A stretch of DNA of 64,000 nt from IMG/VR virus record IMGVR_UViG_3300028412_000003; one strand, given 5' to 3'. Below the pieces are notes generated by a model. That model had not been told where the DNA came from, ran no database searches, and saw only the letters and a list, made by a program, of their open reading frames with translations. The DNA is from a virus. Lineage: Duplodnaviria > Caudoviricetes. A program made the translations under genes and the position numbers. The stretch's first letter is position 1; every line of letters begins with the position of its first letter. Of this stretch, positions 17,200-25,180 are shown piece by piece.

Positions 17200-17919
17200 T
17201 TAATTTAAACCAAACATTTTTATAAATTCAGGCACTGTTATATGCTCTAAATTTGAAATTTGTTTAATTGTGGGGGGAATAAATCCCCCCTTCTCTATTA
17301 CTCTTATATATCTCGTTTGCGGATTTTTTTCTATAGTAATAGTAGTTTGACGTAACCAATTTCCAAAATAAGTTTCTTTATCTATTGATCTCTTGTAATT
17401 AGGTGTATCAGCAAATACATTATTGACTTTGTGTTCATCTGTTCCTTTAAAATCAAAACCTAATATATAAATTTCGGTATGGCCATGTCTTGTTGCTAAA
17501 TCAAGTGCAGTAGGGCCCGAACTCCATCCTTTAGAAGGATTAAAATAATTTAGATTAGAAATTTTGTCATACACTCGATTGTAGTTAGTCCAAACACGAC
17601 CATTATTCTGCCATTGAGTTCTTGCAATTTCAAGAATCATTTTTGTATCTACTGCTACGAGATAGTCTGGTTCAAAATCTCTATAAACTGCATTACAGGC
17701 ATAGATAGTTCCATTTGTTTTTAATTTAGGAAGTTCTATTGGTTTTCGAGACATCCCATTACCTAGTACAAAGGCAACTGGATTTGTAGGACGAGGTCTT
17801 TCTTTAGTTATTAACTGAAGTTCTTCTTTTAATTTTTTTTGAGTTTTTTCTTCTCGACGTTTGGCTCGTATTTTTTGCCACTCTTCTTTAGTGTAAAGGT
17901 TTTTATCAACCTTTGCCAT
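17200..17919 (-). CDS. DUF115/MptE-Maf-like nucleotide-sugar transferase-fold protein (239 aa)
   Basis: AFVLGNG.S, IYACNA.YRDF.PDYLVAVD, SSGPTAL.LA...G..EIYILGFD are typical of the Maf/DUF115 (sialyltransferase-like) family. Confidence 0.7.
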   Translation of the reverse strand: MAKVDKNLYTKEEWQKIRAKRREEKTQKKLKEELQLITKERPRPTNPVAFVLGNGMSRKPIELPKLKTNGTIYACNAVYRDFEPDYLVAVDTKMILEIARTQWQNNGRVWTNYNRVYDKISNLNYFNPSKGWSSGPTALDLATRHGHTEIYILGFDFKGTDEHKVNNVFADTPNYKRSIDKETYFGNWLRQTTITIEKNPQTRYIRVIEKGGFIPPTIKQISNLEHITVPEFIKMFGLN

Positions 17920-17921
17920 CT

Positions 17922-18176
17922 TTAAATTGCTGCTACTTCTCCGCCGCCTGGTGGAATTCCATACATTTGTTTAACAAAATGTAACTCCTTGGCAGCATCT
18001 TTGTCATGTAAGTCACTTGCCTTACGTATCTTATTGATTGCTCTTAGAGTTAATTTAGTTTTTCTGGTATCATCATATTTTAATGGTGATTCATCATCTC
18101 GTGGAGAATATCCATCTTGATCTTCCATCTCTGTTGATTCTCTATCAAAATAAAATAATTCTCTTAATAATGCCAT
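17922..18176 (-). CDS. Hypothetical head-module protein (84 aa)
   Basis: ORF with TATAAATA directly upstream; N-terminal LRE could be a protease site. Confidence 0.65.
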   Translation of the reverse strand: MALLRELFYFDRESTEMEDQDGYSPRDDESPLKYDDTRKTKLTLRAINKIRKASDLHDKDAAKELHFVKQMYGIPPGGGEVAAI

Positions 18177-18180
18177 AACG

Positions 18181-18188
18181 TATTTATA
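18181..18188 (-). promoter_or_regulatory. T4-type late promoter TATAAATA
   Basis: Exact consensus between the portal stop and the ATG at 18176; the leader is very short. Confidence 0.7.
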
Positions 18189-18190
18189 CC

Positions 18191-19969
18191 TTAAAGTCCA
18201 GAGCCGCCGCCTGTTGAGCCGCCGGGATTAGGATCACTTGCTCCGCTACCTAATGCATCACCAGTTGCTGTACTAGGAGGTTCTCCGGAACCTGCTTCTA
18301 AACTACCTTCATCGTCTGGCATTGTAGTATCAAGTCCTCCTAGATCACTCCCAAGACCTGCACCTGTTACACCTGCTCCACGCATTTCTGCATCAGCATC
18401 AGTTGGATATGGTTCTAAGTTTTCTTCGTTCTCTTCTTTCCATGATTTTTCGTTTTTAGCTATTTCTTCAGGAGTCATTCCTAGATATCTTTCCATAGCA
18501 AATCTGTTAGATATAAATGGTACATCTTTCATTTGAATAAACGTAGGTATACGAGCATTATCGAGTTCAGAAAGTCTATATGCTGCAAAGTTTTGCGGAG
18601 GTTGAAATTTAAGATTGAACATTGCTGTATCAATGTTTAAACCCTTTTCGAGCAAATAACGCTTAAATTCTGTATCAAATTCTTCAGTTACAAGAGATTG
18701 TAACCGTTGACAGTATGTATTAAACCGTAATTCTTGAATATACGCAGTTCCAACTCGACCATCATTGTATTGAGAAGCTGAATCTTCAGCACCTGTTGGT
18801 AGATATGAACTAGGAATTCTTAAACCACGTATCATTTTATTAGTAAAGTATCTTAAATCGTCGATTTCTCCAAGATTCGTTCCTCCTGGTAACGTTTCGA
18901 CCTTAGAGCCTCTTCCTTCTGCAGTTTGCGGAAAGTAGTAATCTTCATTAATGGATAAAGGGTTATAGGAGGAGTCAATAACACTTTGTCCCCCGCCCGT
19001 TTGTGACGGTATGCGCCTTTGATGGATTTCAGTTTTGACTCTTTCAACGAACTGCATTGCCAAATGTGTTGGCATGTTACCAACATCCACGTAAAAAACC
19101 CTACGCTCAGGAGCACGCTGAACACGATATATAATGATTGCATCTTCTAATAGTTCCTTTTGCTTGTATACTTTGAATATAGTTTCAAGCAAAGAATTCC
19201 CAAACGGAAAATTATTATCTAAACCTTCAGATAATGATAAATGAACCATATGTTCCGCACCTATTGATACTTCGCCCTCTTCTAATTGATATCTTGAACC
19301 GCCACTTTGTTTATTTGGGGTTCCTACCATTCCATAAGAATTACCTTTTTGATAACCTGATGGACCTCCAGCACCTGTTACATTACCACTTGTTTGTAAA
19401 GGGGTGGTAGCAACAAGATGTTTGAAATTTAAATTTACGTCTTTAACAATATATTGTTCTGGTTCTTTACCTTCAGACTCGTTAACAATAATTCTTAATA
19501 CTCTTCCTGGGTCAACATGAAACCATTTTTTAGTTTCTGGATCACGTAAGAAGAAAGCATCACCATTCTTAAGTATGTTTCTCATAATTCGAAACATACG
19601 TGTTTCAAATTTTTGTAATTTACACCATTGTTGTAGATATTGATGAATTACCGAAGTTTCAGAACTTGTTGAATCTTTTATAAATTCAACAGCAAATGGT
19701 GTTTTGTTGGTTTGATTCTTTTGAGTACAAAATTCTGCAAGAATATCAAGTGCAGCATTTACTTCTGCATCAAGATCCATTACGTTATACTGTCCGTATC
19801 TATCTATACGATTAGGAGCTCCGGTGTATACATCAGGAAGATACGAAGAATAATTTGAGCGTGCTGGTCCAGGTTTGGTTCCTCTCGCAAATGCTCCACT
19901 TATAGGGCTATAATTTCCGCTAGAGGTTCCATCTGTATTAACGGGATTAAAATATTTTTTCCAGCTCAA
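18191..19969 (-). CDS. gp20: Portal vertex protein, T4 gp20-like (592 aa)
   Basis: EDAIIIYRVQRAPERRVFYVDVGNMP, EDYYFP...GRGSKVETLPGG.NLGEIDDL.YF motifs. Confidence 0.95.
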   Translation of the reverse strand: MSWKKYFNPVNTDGTSSGNYSPISGAFARGTKPGPARSNYSSYLPDVYTGAPNRIDRYGQYNVMDLDAEVNAALDILAEFCTQKNQTNKTPFAVEFIKDSTSSETSVIHQYLQQWCKLQKFETRMFRIMRNILKNGDAFFLRDPETKKWFHVDPGRVLRIIVNESEGKEPEQYIVKDVNLNFKHLVATTPLQTSGNVTGAGGPSGYQKGNSYGMVGTPNKQSGGSRYQLEEGEVSIGAEHMVHLSLSEGLDNNFPFGNSLLETIFKVYKQKELLEDAIIIYRVQRAPERRVFYVDVGNMPTHLAMQFVERVKTEIHQRRIPSQTGGGQSVIDSSYNPLSINEDYYFPQTAEGRGSKVETLPGGTNLGEIDDLRYFTNKMIRGLRIPSSYLPTGAEDSASQYNDGRVGTAYIQELRFNTYCQRLQSLVTEEFDTEFKRYLLEKGLNIDTAMFNLKFQPPQNFAAYRLSELDNARIPTFIQMKDVPFISNRFAMERYLGMTPEEIAKNEKSWKEENEENLEPYPTDADAEMRGAGVTGAGLGSDLGGLDTTMPDDEGSLEAGSGEPPSTATGDALGSGASDPNPGGSTGGGSGL

Positions 19970-22599
19970 TGTACTACTCCTCTTATTCTACCTAATGAAG
20001 TTATAATCTCTCGATTTTGTCGAGTATTCTGTTCCGTTAATATTACTAGTTTTGCCATCATGTTATTTAACTGATCTAAACTTTCTGATGAACTGTTGCT
20101 GGATCCTCCACCTAATGTTGTTCCACTTAACAGTTGTCCTGCATTTGCTTGCGGTCTTCCTCTAGGTCCTCCGCTGTTTTGTTCATTTAATTCACTATTT
20201 AATTTAGCTATTGCTTCTGTTAAATCTTCTATTGCATCTTTGTAATCAATAATAGAATCTGCATTTAATTCAAGATCAGAAAATTTTGATAAGTTTTGTA
20301 ACCCAGATGATATTTGATCAATATTCGAAGAGTTAACTGATGCAATTGCGTCTAATCCAACTGCTAATTTTTCAAAAAATTTATCTCCTAATAATTTAGA
20401 TATAATTCCACTTTTTGCTAATTCATAAAGGTTTTCTTCTAAAGGTCCTAAACTGGTTGCAACAGACAAGATCTTTTTAGAATCAAGTCTTTCAAACTTT
20501 ATTACACCTTCTGCAAAAGTATCAACTGCATCGGCTATAGTTTTAATTCCATCTGCTAACAATCCCATTGCAAAACCATTTCCAATAAAGAAAGCAGTTA
20601 ATACACCCATACCTATTGCAACAGGACCTACTCCAAATAGAGTTACAACGCCAGCTAATGCAGCTAATCCACCGATTATCCACCCACCTGCACTTAATGC
20701 TTGTTCAAGTGTAGGTAAATTACTCATCAATGCAGCAATTAATCCACCCCCTCCTGCCGATGGAGCAGTCGAAGGATGAGAAGCTGGGTGCATTGGTCCA
20801 GTATTTGGAGTAGTTGGAGATCCTGTAAAGAGTTGTGAAAATTTTTCTCCTATCAAAGTGCCTATTTCACCCCAATGTATTAAATTAAATCCATTCTTTA
20901 TTATGTCTGTTAGACCAGCAAATAAATTCTTATCAAGATCTATATCAAAAAGATTCTTTATTGAATTTGATAATGTATCTGCCAGACCTGCAAATAAACT
21001 CTTATCAAGATCTATATCAAAAAGATTTTTAATAGCTCCAATAAGTCCAAATTCTTTAATATCTTTTGTAAGATTTATAATTGTTTCTTTAAATTTCTCA
21101 AAATATCCTGATTCAATAAGGCTTCCAACAGATTCACTTATTGAATCTACTAATAATTCTAATTGAGGTCCTAACAAATTCATCAATGGAGAAATTATAT
21201 TGATGACCAATGCTTGATTTATTCGACGCAACATATTTTGAAACTTAGTTAATGCCTCTACCGAACTATTCCTAACATCAGATTCTTTTTCTGCTTGTTC
21301 AATGTCAAGTGCAACTTGTTTCTGTATTTCTTTCCTTGACATGTTTGAATATTTTGCAAGATCAATTCCAGCTGCTTGTAACATTTCTATCATTTCTGAT
21401 CCAATGCCTTGGCCGGATAATGCACCAAATGTTAATGCACTTTCTGCTTTATTAATTCCTTCAATCATATCAGCTATTGCTTCTGCTGACTTTTTATTCA
21501 ATTTTGTTTTAAATTCTTCAGTTGTTCCACCACTCTTTACTAATGCAAGATAAGATCTTAATGCTTCTTCCCCTCCTTGTACCGTTGCTGTAAATATCTG
21601 TGTCTCTCTAGTCAATGGTGGGAATCCCATAACCATTTCTTTTAATCTTGCTACAGCGCCAGGTCCTTGTAATTCAGCTTGTGCCATTGCTGTTTTAACT
21701 CTAGCTGCTTCTTCTTCACTCATATTTGCTAGTTTTCTTTGAAACATCACATCATTCTGTTGTTCTTTTTGACGATCTCTTATTGAATTAATATCATCTC
21801 CTGTTAATTTTGAAAGAGTCATTAAGGTACTAGCGTATTCAGCAGCATTTTTTGCCACTGTTTGGGCATTTTGAGAATTTAATCTTTCTCTTGACCTATT
21901 TAATACTGCATAATTGATTAAATTTTCATTTATTTCTTCAAATGTGTAACCCATTGACAGCATTTTTTCTCTTAGTTCTTCTCCCATAACGTTGTTAAGA
22001 AGTCCTAAACGTTTTGCACCTTCGGTTACTGAACCAGCTAACATTTGTAAATTTTGTGAATTTGAAATTATCAATCCTGCAAATTCATCAAGTGGTAATC
22101 TTGATCTTGCTGCTGCATCTCTAATACTATTGAGGTCGTTCCCAAAAGATGCACCTACTTTAGAAAGACTTTGAAATACTGTTAATGTTTCGTCTAAATA
22201 TCCTGTTATTTTACCTAACAAAGAACCAATTATAGGAATTTGGTTTGCAAAATCGGTTAACGTTCCGGTTCCACCTTTAAATGCATCAACCATATTAGCA
22301 AAGGTTCCCAAAGTAAAACCTACCAACGCTTTACCTAATCCCCATACTGCTCCTAGTACACCGCTTATAGCGTTACCAAAATTATCAACCGAATCTGTTG
22401 CTTCTTCTATTTCAACGCCAAATTCATCTACTTTTTTAGTGCTTGATACTATTTCTCGATTTGCAGCTTCTTGTATTTTTCGAGCATCTCTGCTAGTTCC
22501 GCCATTTTTATTAAGTGCGTCTAATAATTTTTGTAATGTAGCTTCCGAAGCAGGCCCAAGATTTCCTACTACATTTACAATTTCAACTTCTTCTGCCAC
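19966..22599 (-). CDS. Tape measure protein (877 aa, GTG start)
   Basis: Long Ala/Leu helical protein with a hydrophobic Gly-rich segment (WIIGGLAALAGVVTLFGVGPVAIGMG) and tandem repeats; adjacent to the chaperone gene; AAGGAG RBS. Confidence 0.75.
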   Translation of the reverse strand: MAEEVEIVNVVGNLGPASEATLQKLLDALNKNGGTSRDARKIQEAANREIVSSTKKVDEFGVEIEEATDSVDNFGNAISGVLGAVWGLGKALVGFTLGTFANMVDAFKGGTGTLTDFANQIPIIGSLLGKITGYLDETLTVFQSLSKVGASFGNDLNSIRDAAARSRLPLDEFAGLIISNSQNLQMLAGSVTEGAKRLGLLNNVMGEELREKMLSMGYTFEEINENLINYAVLNRSRERLNSQNAQTVAKNAAEYASTLMTLSKLTGDDINSIRDRQKEQQNDVMFQRKLANMSEEEAARVKTAMAQAELQGPGAVARLKEMVMGFPPLTRETQIFTATVQGGEEALRSYLALVKSGGTTEEFKTKLNKKSAEAIADMIEGINKAESALTFGALSGQGIGSEMIEMLQAAGIDLAKYSNMSRKEIQKQVALDIEQAEKESDVRNSSVEALTKFQNMLRRINQALVINIISPLMNLLGPQLELLVDSISESVGSLIESGYFEKFKETIINLTKDIKEFGLIGAIKNLFDIDLDKSLFAGLADTLSNSIKNLFDIDLDKNLFAGLTDIIKNGFNLIHWGEIGTLIGEKFSQLFTGSPTTPNTGPMHPASHPSTAPSAGGGGLIAALMSNLPTLEQALSAGGWIIGGLAALAGVVTLFGVGPVAIGMGVLTAFFIGNGFAMGLLADGIKTIADAVDTFAEGVIKFERLDSKKILSVATSLGPLEENLYELAKSGIISKLLGDKFFEKLAVGLDAIASVNSSNIDQISSGLQNLSKFSDLELNADSIIDYKDAIEDLTEAIAKLNSELNEQNSGGPRGRPQANAGQLLSGTTLGGGSSNSSSESLDQLNNMMAKLVILTEQNTRQNREIITSLGRIRGVVH
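20912..21029 (-). repeat. 72-nt-period tandem duplication within the tape measure gene
   Basis: cttatcaagatctatatcaaaaagatt is identical at 20929-20955 and 21001-21027; encodes KNLFDIDLDK.LFAGL twice. Confidence 0.9.
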
Positions 22600-22625
22600 G
22601 CTGACGACTCCTTAATAACTGCGCA

Positions 22626-22661
22626 TATAAATAGATATGGTATATACTAGTAGTATTTATC
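22626..22661. promoter_or_regulatory. Face-to-face late promoters: TATAAATA (+, 22626-22633) and GATAAATA (-, 22654-22661)
   Basis: Both motifs are read directly; the + promoter serves the chaperone gene and the - promoter serves the tape measure/head operon. Confidence 0.65.
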
Positions 22662-22672
22662 GGAGGAAAACC

Positions 22673-23545
22673 ATGACAATAGAAGCACAGACTGCGGATA
22701 ATCCGCTAAAAAAGTATTTTAGACAACCAAAATTGTATGTTGAACTACCAAGTCAGGGTAGATTTTATCCAACAGGTGCTATAGAAGTACCGGATACCGG
22801 TCAATATCCGGTATATTCAATGACTGCTCGAGATGAACTAACCTTTAAAACTCCGGACGCATTATTGAACGGACAAGCCACTGTTGAAGTTATTCAATCG
22901 TGTTTTCCTAATATTAAAAATGCTTGGCAGATGCCAAGCATTGATATTGATGCTGTGTTAATAGCATTAAGAATAGCAACCTATGGTGAAGATCTTTCAA
23001 TAGATATTACAATTCCCGGAACAGATATTGAAAAAACATATCAAACAGATCTACGAGTATTACTAGATCAAATTAGTGTTTCGGAATACAACGAAGTAAT
23101 TAATTATAATGGTATGACAATTTACATTCGTCCGTTAACTTACCAAGAATTTACTAAACAAGCAATGAAAACCTTTGAAGAACAACGTATCATTGCAATG
23201 GTAAACAATGATAATTTAACCGAAGAGGATAAATTGGTAAAATTTCAACAAAGTTTTGCTAAATTAACTGATCTTACGGTAGCTGCGGTTACTCAAGGTA
23301 TATACAAAATTGAAGTTGATGGAGAAGTTGTAAGCGATACTGCTTTTATATCTGAATTTATTTCAAACGCGGATAGCGGGCTCTATACAGCCGTAACTGA
23401 TCATTTAGAAAAGCAAAAAGAAAATTTTTCAATTAAACCATTGACAGTAACTACATCTGACGAAGAAAGAACAGCAGGAGCTCCTGATACATTTGAAGTT
23501 CCTATATCGTTTGATGCTTCAAATTTTTTCGTATCAAGATCCTGA
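22673..23545 (+). CDS. Tail assembly chaperone / baseplate hub assembly protein (T4 gp26-like, lambda G-like), 290 aa
   Basis: KYFRQPKLYVELPSQGRFY...VYSMTARDE..FKTPDALLNG. The start is moved from 22637 to the ATG at 22673 because GGAGG lies 6 nt upstream and 22637 sits right at the promoter. Confidence 0.7.
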   Translation: MTIEAQTADNPLKKYFRQPKLYVELPSQGRFYPTGAIEVPDTGQYPVYSMTARDELTFKTPDALLNGQATVEVIQSCFPNIKNAWQMPSIDIDAVLIALRIATYGEDLSIDITIPGTDIEKTYQTDLRVLLDQISVSEYNEVINYNGMTIYIRPLTYQEFTKQAMKTFEEQRIIAMVNNDNLTEEDKLVKFQQSFAKLTDLTVAAVTQGIYKIEVDGEVVSDTAFISEFISNADSGLYTAVTDHLEKQKENFSIKPLTVTTSDEERTAGAPDTFEVPISFDASNFFVSRS

Positions 23546-23760
23546 GTTGGACTGTCGACCGGATCTTACAAGAGGTTACTAACCTTGAACAACAGTCCAA
23601 GCAACTCAAACATGAATTGTATAAATTATGTTGGTATATGAGGGGTTCTGTTTCTATGGAAGAAGCATGGGCTATGGATATAACAGATCGTCAAATAATT
23701 ATGAAAATAGTTGAAGAAAATTTCGAAACCACAAAAAAAAGTGGACTGCCTTTTTTCTAA
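23524..23760 (+). CDS. -1 frameshift extension (GT/gp51-like segment, 76 aa after FF); predicted fusion about 362 aa
   Basis: In-phase slippery heptamer T TTT TTC (23524-23530), hairpin AAGATCC/GGATCTT 5 nt downstream, and an open -1 frame to TAA 23760 (RIKILSWTVDRIL...LCWYMRGSVSMEEAW...GLPFF). Confidence 0.7.
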   Translation, partial: FFRIKILSWTVDRILQEVTNLEQQSKQLKHELYKLCWYMRGSVSMEEAWAMDITDRQIIMKIVEENFETTKKSGLPFF

Positions 23761-23775
23761 GCAGTCCACTTTTTT
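23735..23775. terminator. Bidirectional terminator between convergent genes
   Basis: AAAAAAGTGGACTGC-11 nt-GCAGTCCACTTTTTT perfect 15-bp inverted repeat with U-tails on both strands. Confidence 0.85.
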
Positions 23776-23785
23776 ATTTCTTATT

Positions 23786-24589
23786 TTATCTTGAAGGTTT
23801 AGTTACTCTATATCCTGCATCTTTAACTTGGTCAAGTGCTGATTGTAGGTTAGCACCTTGACTACCAGTTGCTACATTTCCAGAACTTGCTTTCTGTCCA
23901 GGAGAAAATCCAAAATTAGACTTAGTAACGTTTGATCCGTTTTTACTAAATCCTTTCTTAGCTAGATATGTAAAGAGACTTTTAACTTCACCACCCGATA
24001 ATACACGCTTCTTAGGATTAGCTGCAGGTGCCGCTGGTTGACCACCCGGAGCAGGAGCAGCACTTGGTGCCGCTGGTTGACCGGCATTTTGAGATTTAAG
24101 TTCTTGAGCAACTGCTCTTTGTGCTACACGCCTGGTCTTAACATTTAAAAATTGTTGACCCATCCATTTGTAAGTTTCACCATCCGAAGCTTGATAAGAT
24201 TGACCCTTTACTAATTCTTCTCTAACATAATTTTCACGTGGTGCTGCAACACTTTTACCACCTGTTGGCATCATCTTGCTAAGTCCACGCTTTATTTTAG
24301 CACCGGTTGTTCTTGAACCAGCTGCTTTAAGATACTTCATAACATCTTGAGGAGACTTAACTGGAAAACCTGCCTTACCTAAAAATTTAGCTACAAGATC
24401 AACAGTTGGTTGTCCTTGGTTAGTGTTTTTATAGAAAGCCTTAAATTGCTTGAGCATTCCATTGACGTCTTTGTCAATAGCTATCCCAGTAGCAGCAGTA
24501 TCACTTCCCATCTTAGCAGCAATGCCTCTAAGAGGTCCTTCGTTTGTTTTCTTGCGAACAGGCAACGCAGTAACTTCATATATCTTCAT
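23786..24589 (-). CDS. Basic, Ala/Pro-linker late protein (267 aa), possible internal head protein
   Basis: Starts MKIYE; Lys-rich; QPAAP duplicated (17-nt direct repeat at 24027 and 24066); late promoter and GGAG RBS upstream. Confidence 0.65.
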   Translation of the reverse strand: MKIYEVTALPVRKKTNEGPLRGIAAKMGSDTAATGIAIDKDVNGMLKQFKAFYKNTNQGQPTVDLVAKFLGKAGFPVKSPQDVMKYLKAAGSRTTGAKIKRGLSKMMPTGGKSVAAPRENYVREELVKGQSYQASDGETYKWMGQQFLNVKTRRVAQRAVAQELKSQNAGQPAAPSAAPAPGGQPAAPAANPKKRVLSGGEVKSLFTYLAKKGFSKNGSNVTKSNFGFSPGQKASSGNVATGSQGANLQSALDQVKDAGYRVTKPSR

Positions 24590-24598
24590 AGATAGGGT

Positions 24599-24639
24599 CT
24601 CCGTAAGTTGCTTTTATTTATCATATAGAACTTACAAAG
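24599..24639 (-). promoter_or_regulatory. Late promoter GATAAATA (24615-24622) in the loop of an RBS-sequestering hairpin
   Basis: CTTTGTAAGTT pairs with AACTTACGGAG (11 bp, 2 G-U), covering the GGAG RBS. Confidence 0.65.
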
Positions 24640-24789
24640 AAGTATTACAATCAGATATTTTAATTCTTTCTAGAGTTGTGTGCAACATAATGATATACAG
24701 TTAGTGGCGCACGCGCCAGTGCTTCGCTTGCGCTCGCACACTAATTTCTCTTAAGTAATTAGCTTTATTAATCTCTCTTATGTGATTAA

Positions 24790-25180
24790 CTGTTAGCGCG
24801 AGATGATTTCTGTAGATCCGGTCATACTTCGCCCTTACGGGCGAAGTATAAAAAAAAGCGCTTCGAATCTTTTCTGTGAGTCGTACACCATTCTTGGTAA
24901 AAGAGATTTGCAAGTTGCCTTTTGCAGTGGAAGCGGTTGACCTGTACTCCCTACTCTAGCTTCGCGTGTCAACGGGCGGCAGTAATATCCGTACCAATCC
25001 AAATTACTTACCGTGTAGGTTGCATCTGTTTCGCAGCGCCTACGTCGTTTGAGCCTTAAGTTAGCTTTATCCTTCGAACAACTCCAGTATCCGGCAATGG
25101 ACTAACCATAACCTCAAGGAGGGCTTTCACCAATAGGGTTCGTATTTTAAAGCCTTAATTGCCCAAACGCCTTTACTGCC
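24790..25180 (-). ncRNA. Candidate large structured non-coding RNA (boundaries approximate, family unknown)
   Basis: About 600 nt without a credible CDS; sampled 60-mers are ~48% GC against an AT-rich background; many helices, GNRA loops, a predicted pseudoknot and an 11-bp perfect hairpin. Confidence 0.5.

Noticed and set aside
13095-19969. Halophile-type acidic proteome as a host clue
   Set aside because: Extreme acidity is confined to one low-complexity protein. The MCP, protease and portal look ordinary by eye, and no composition statistics could be computed.
22637-22672. ATG 22637 as the chaperone start
   Set aside because: It lies 3 nt after the promoter with no RBS; ATG 22673 has GGAGG.
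24824-24857. 11-bp hairpin as an intrinsic terminator
   Set aside because: The U-run precedes the stem on the minus strand, and an A-run follows it on the plus strand, so neither orientation is canonical.
24701-24913. 70-aa minus-strand ORF (MQISFTKNG...)
   Set aside because: No RBS, runs through T8 and perfect hairpins, and has no recognisable motif. More likely a chance frame within the structured non-coding region, though not formally excluded.
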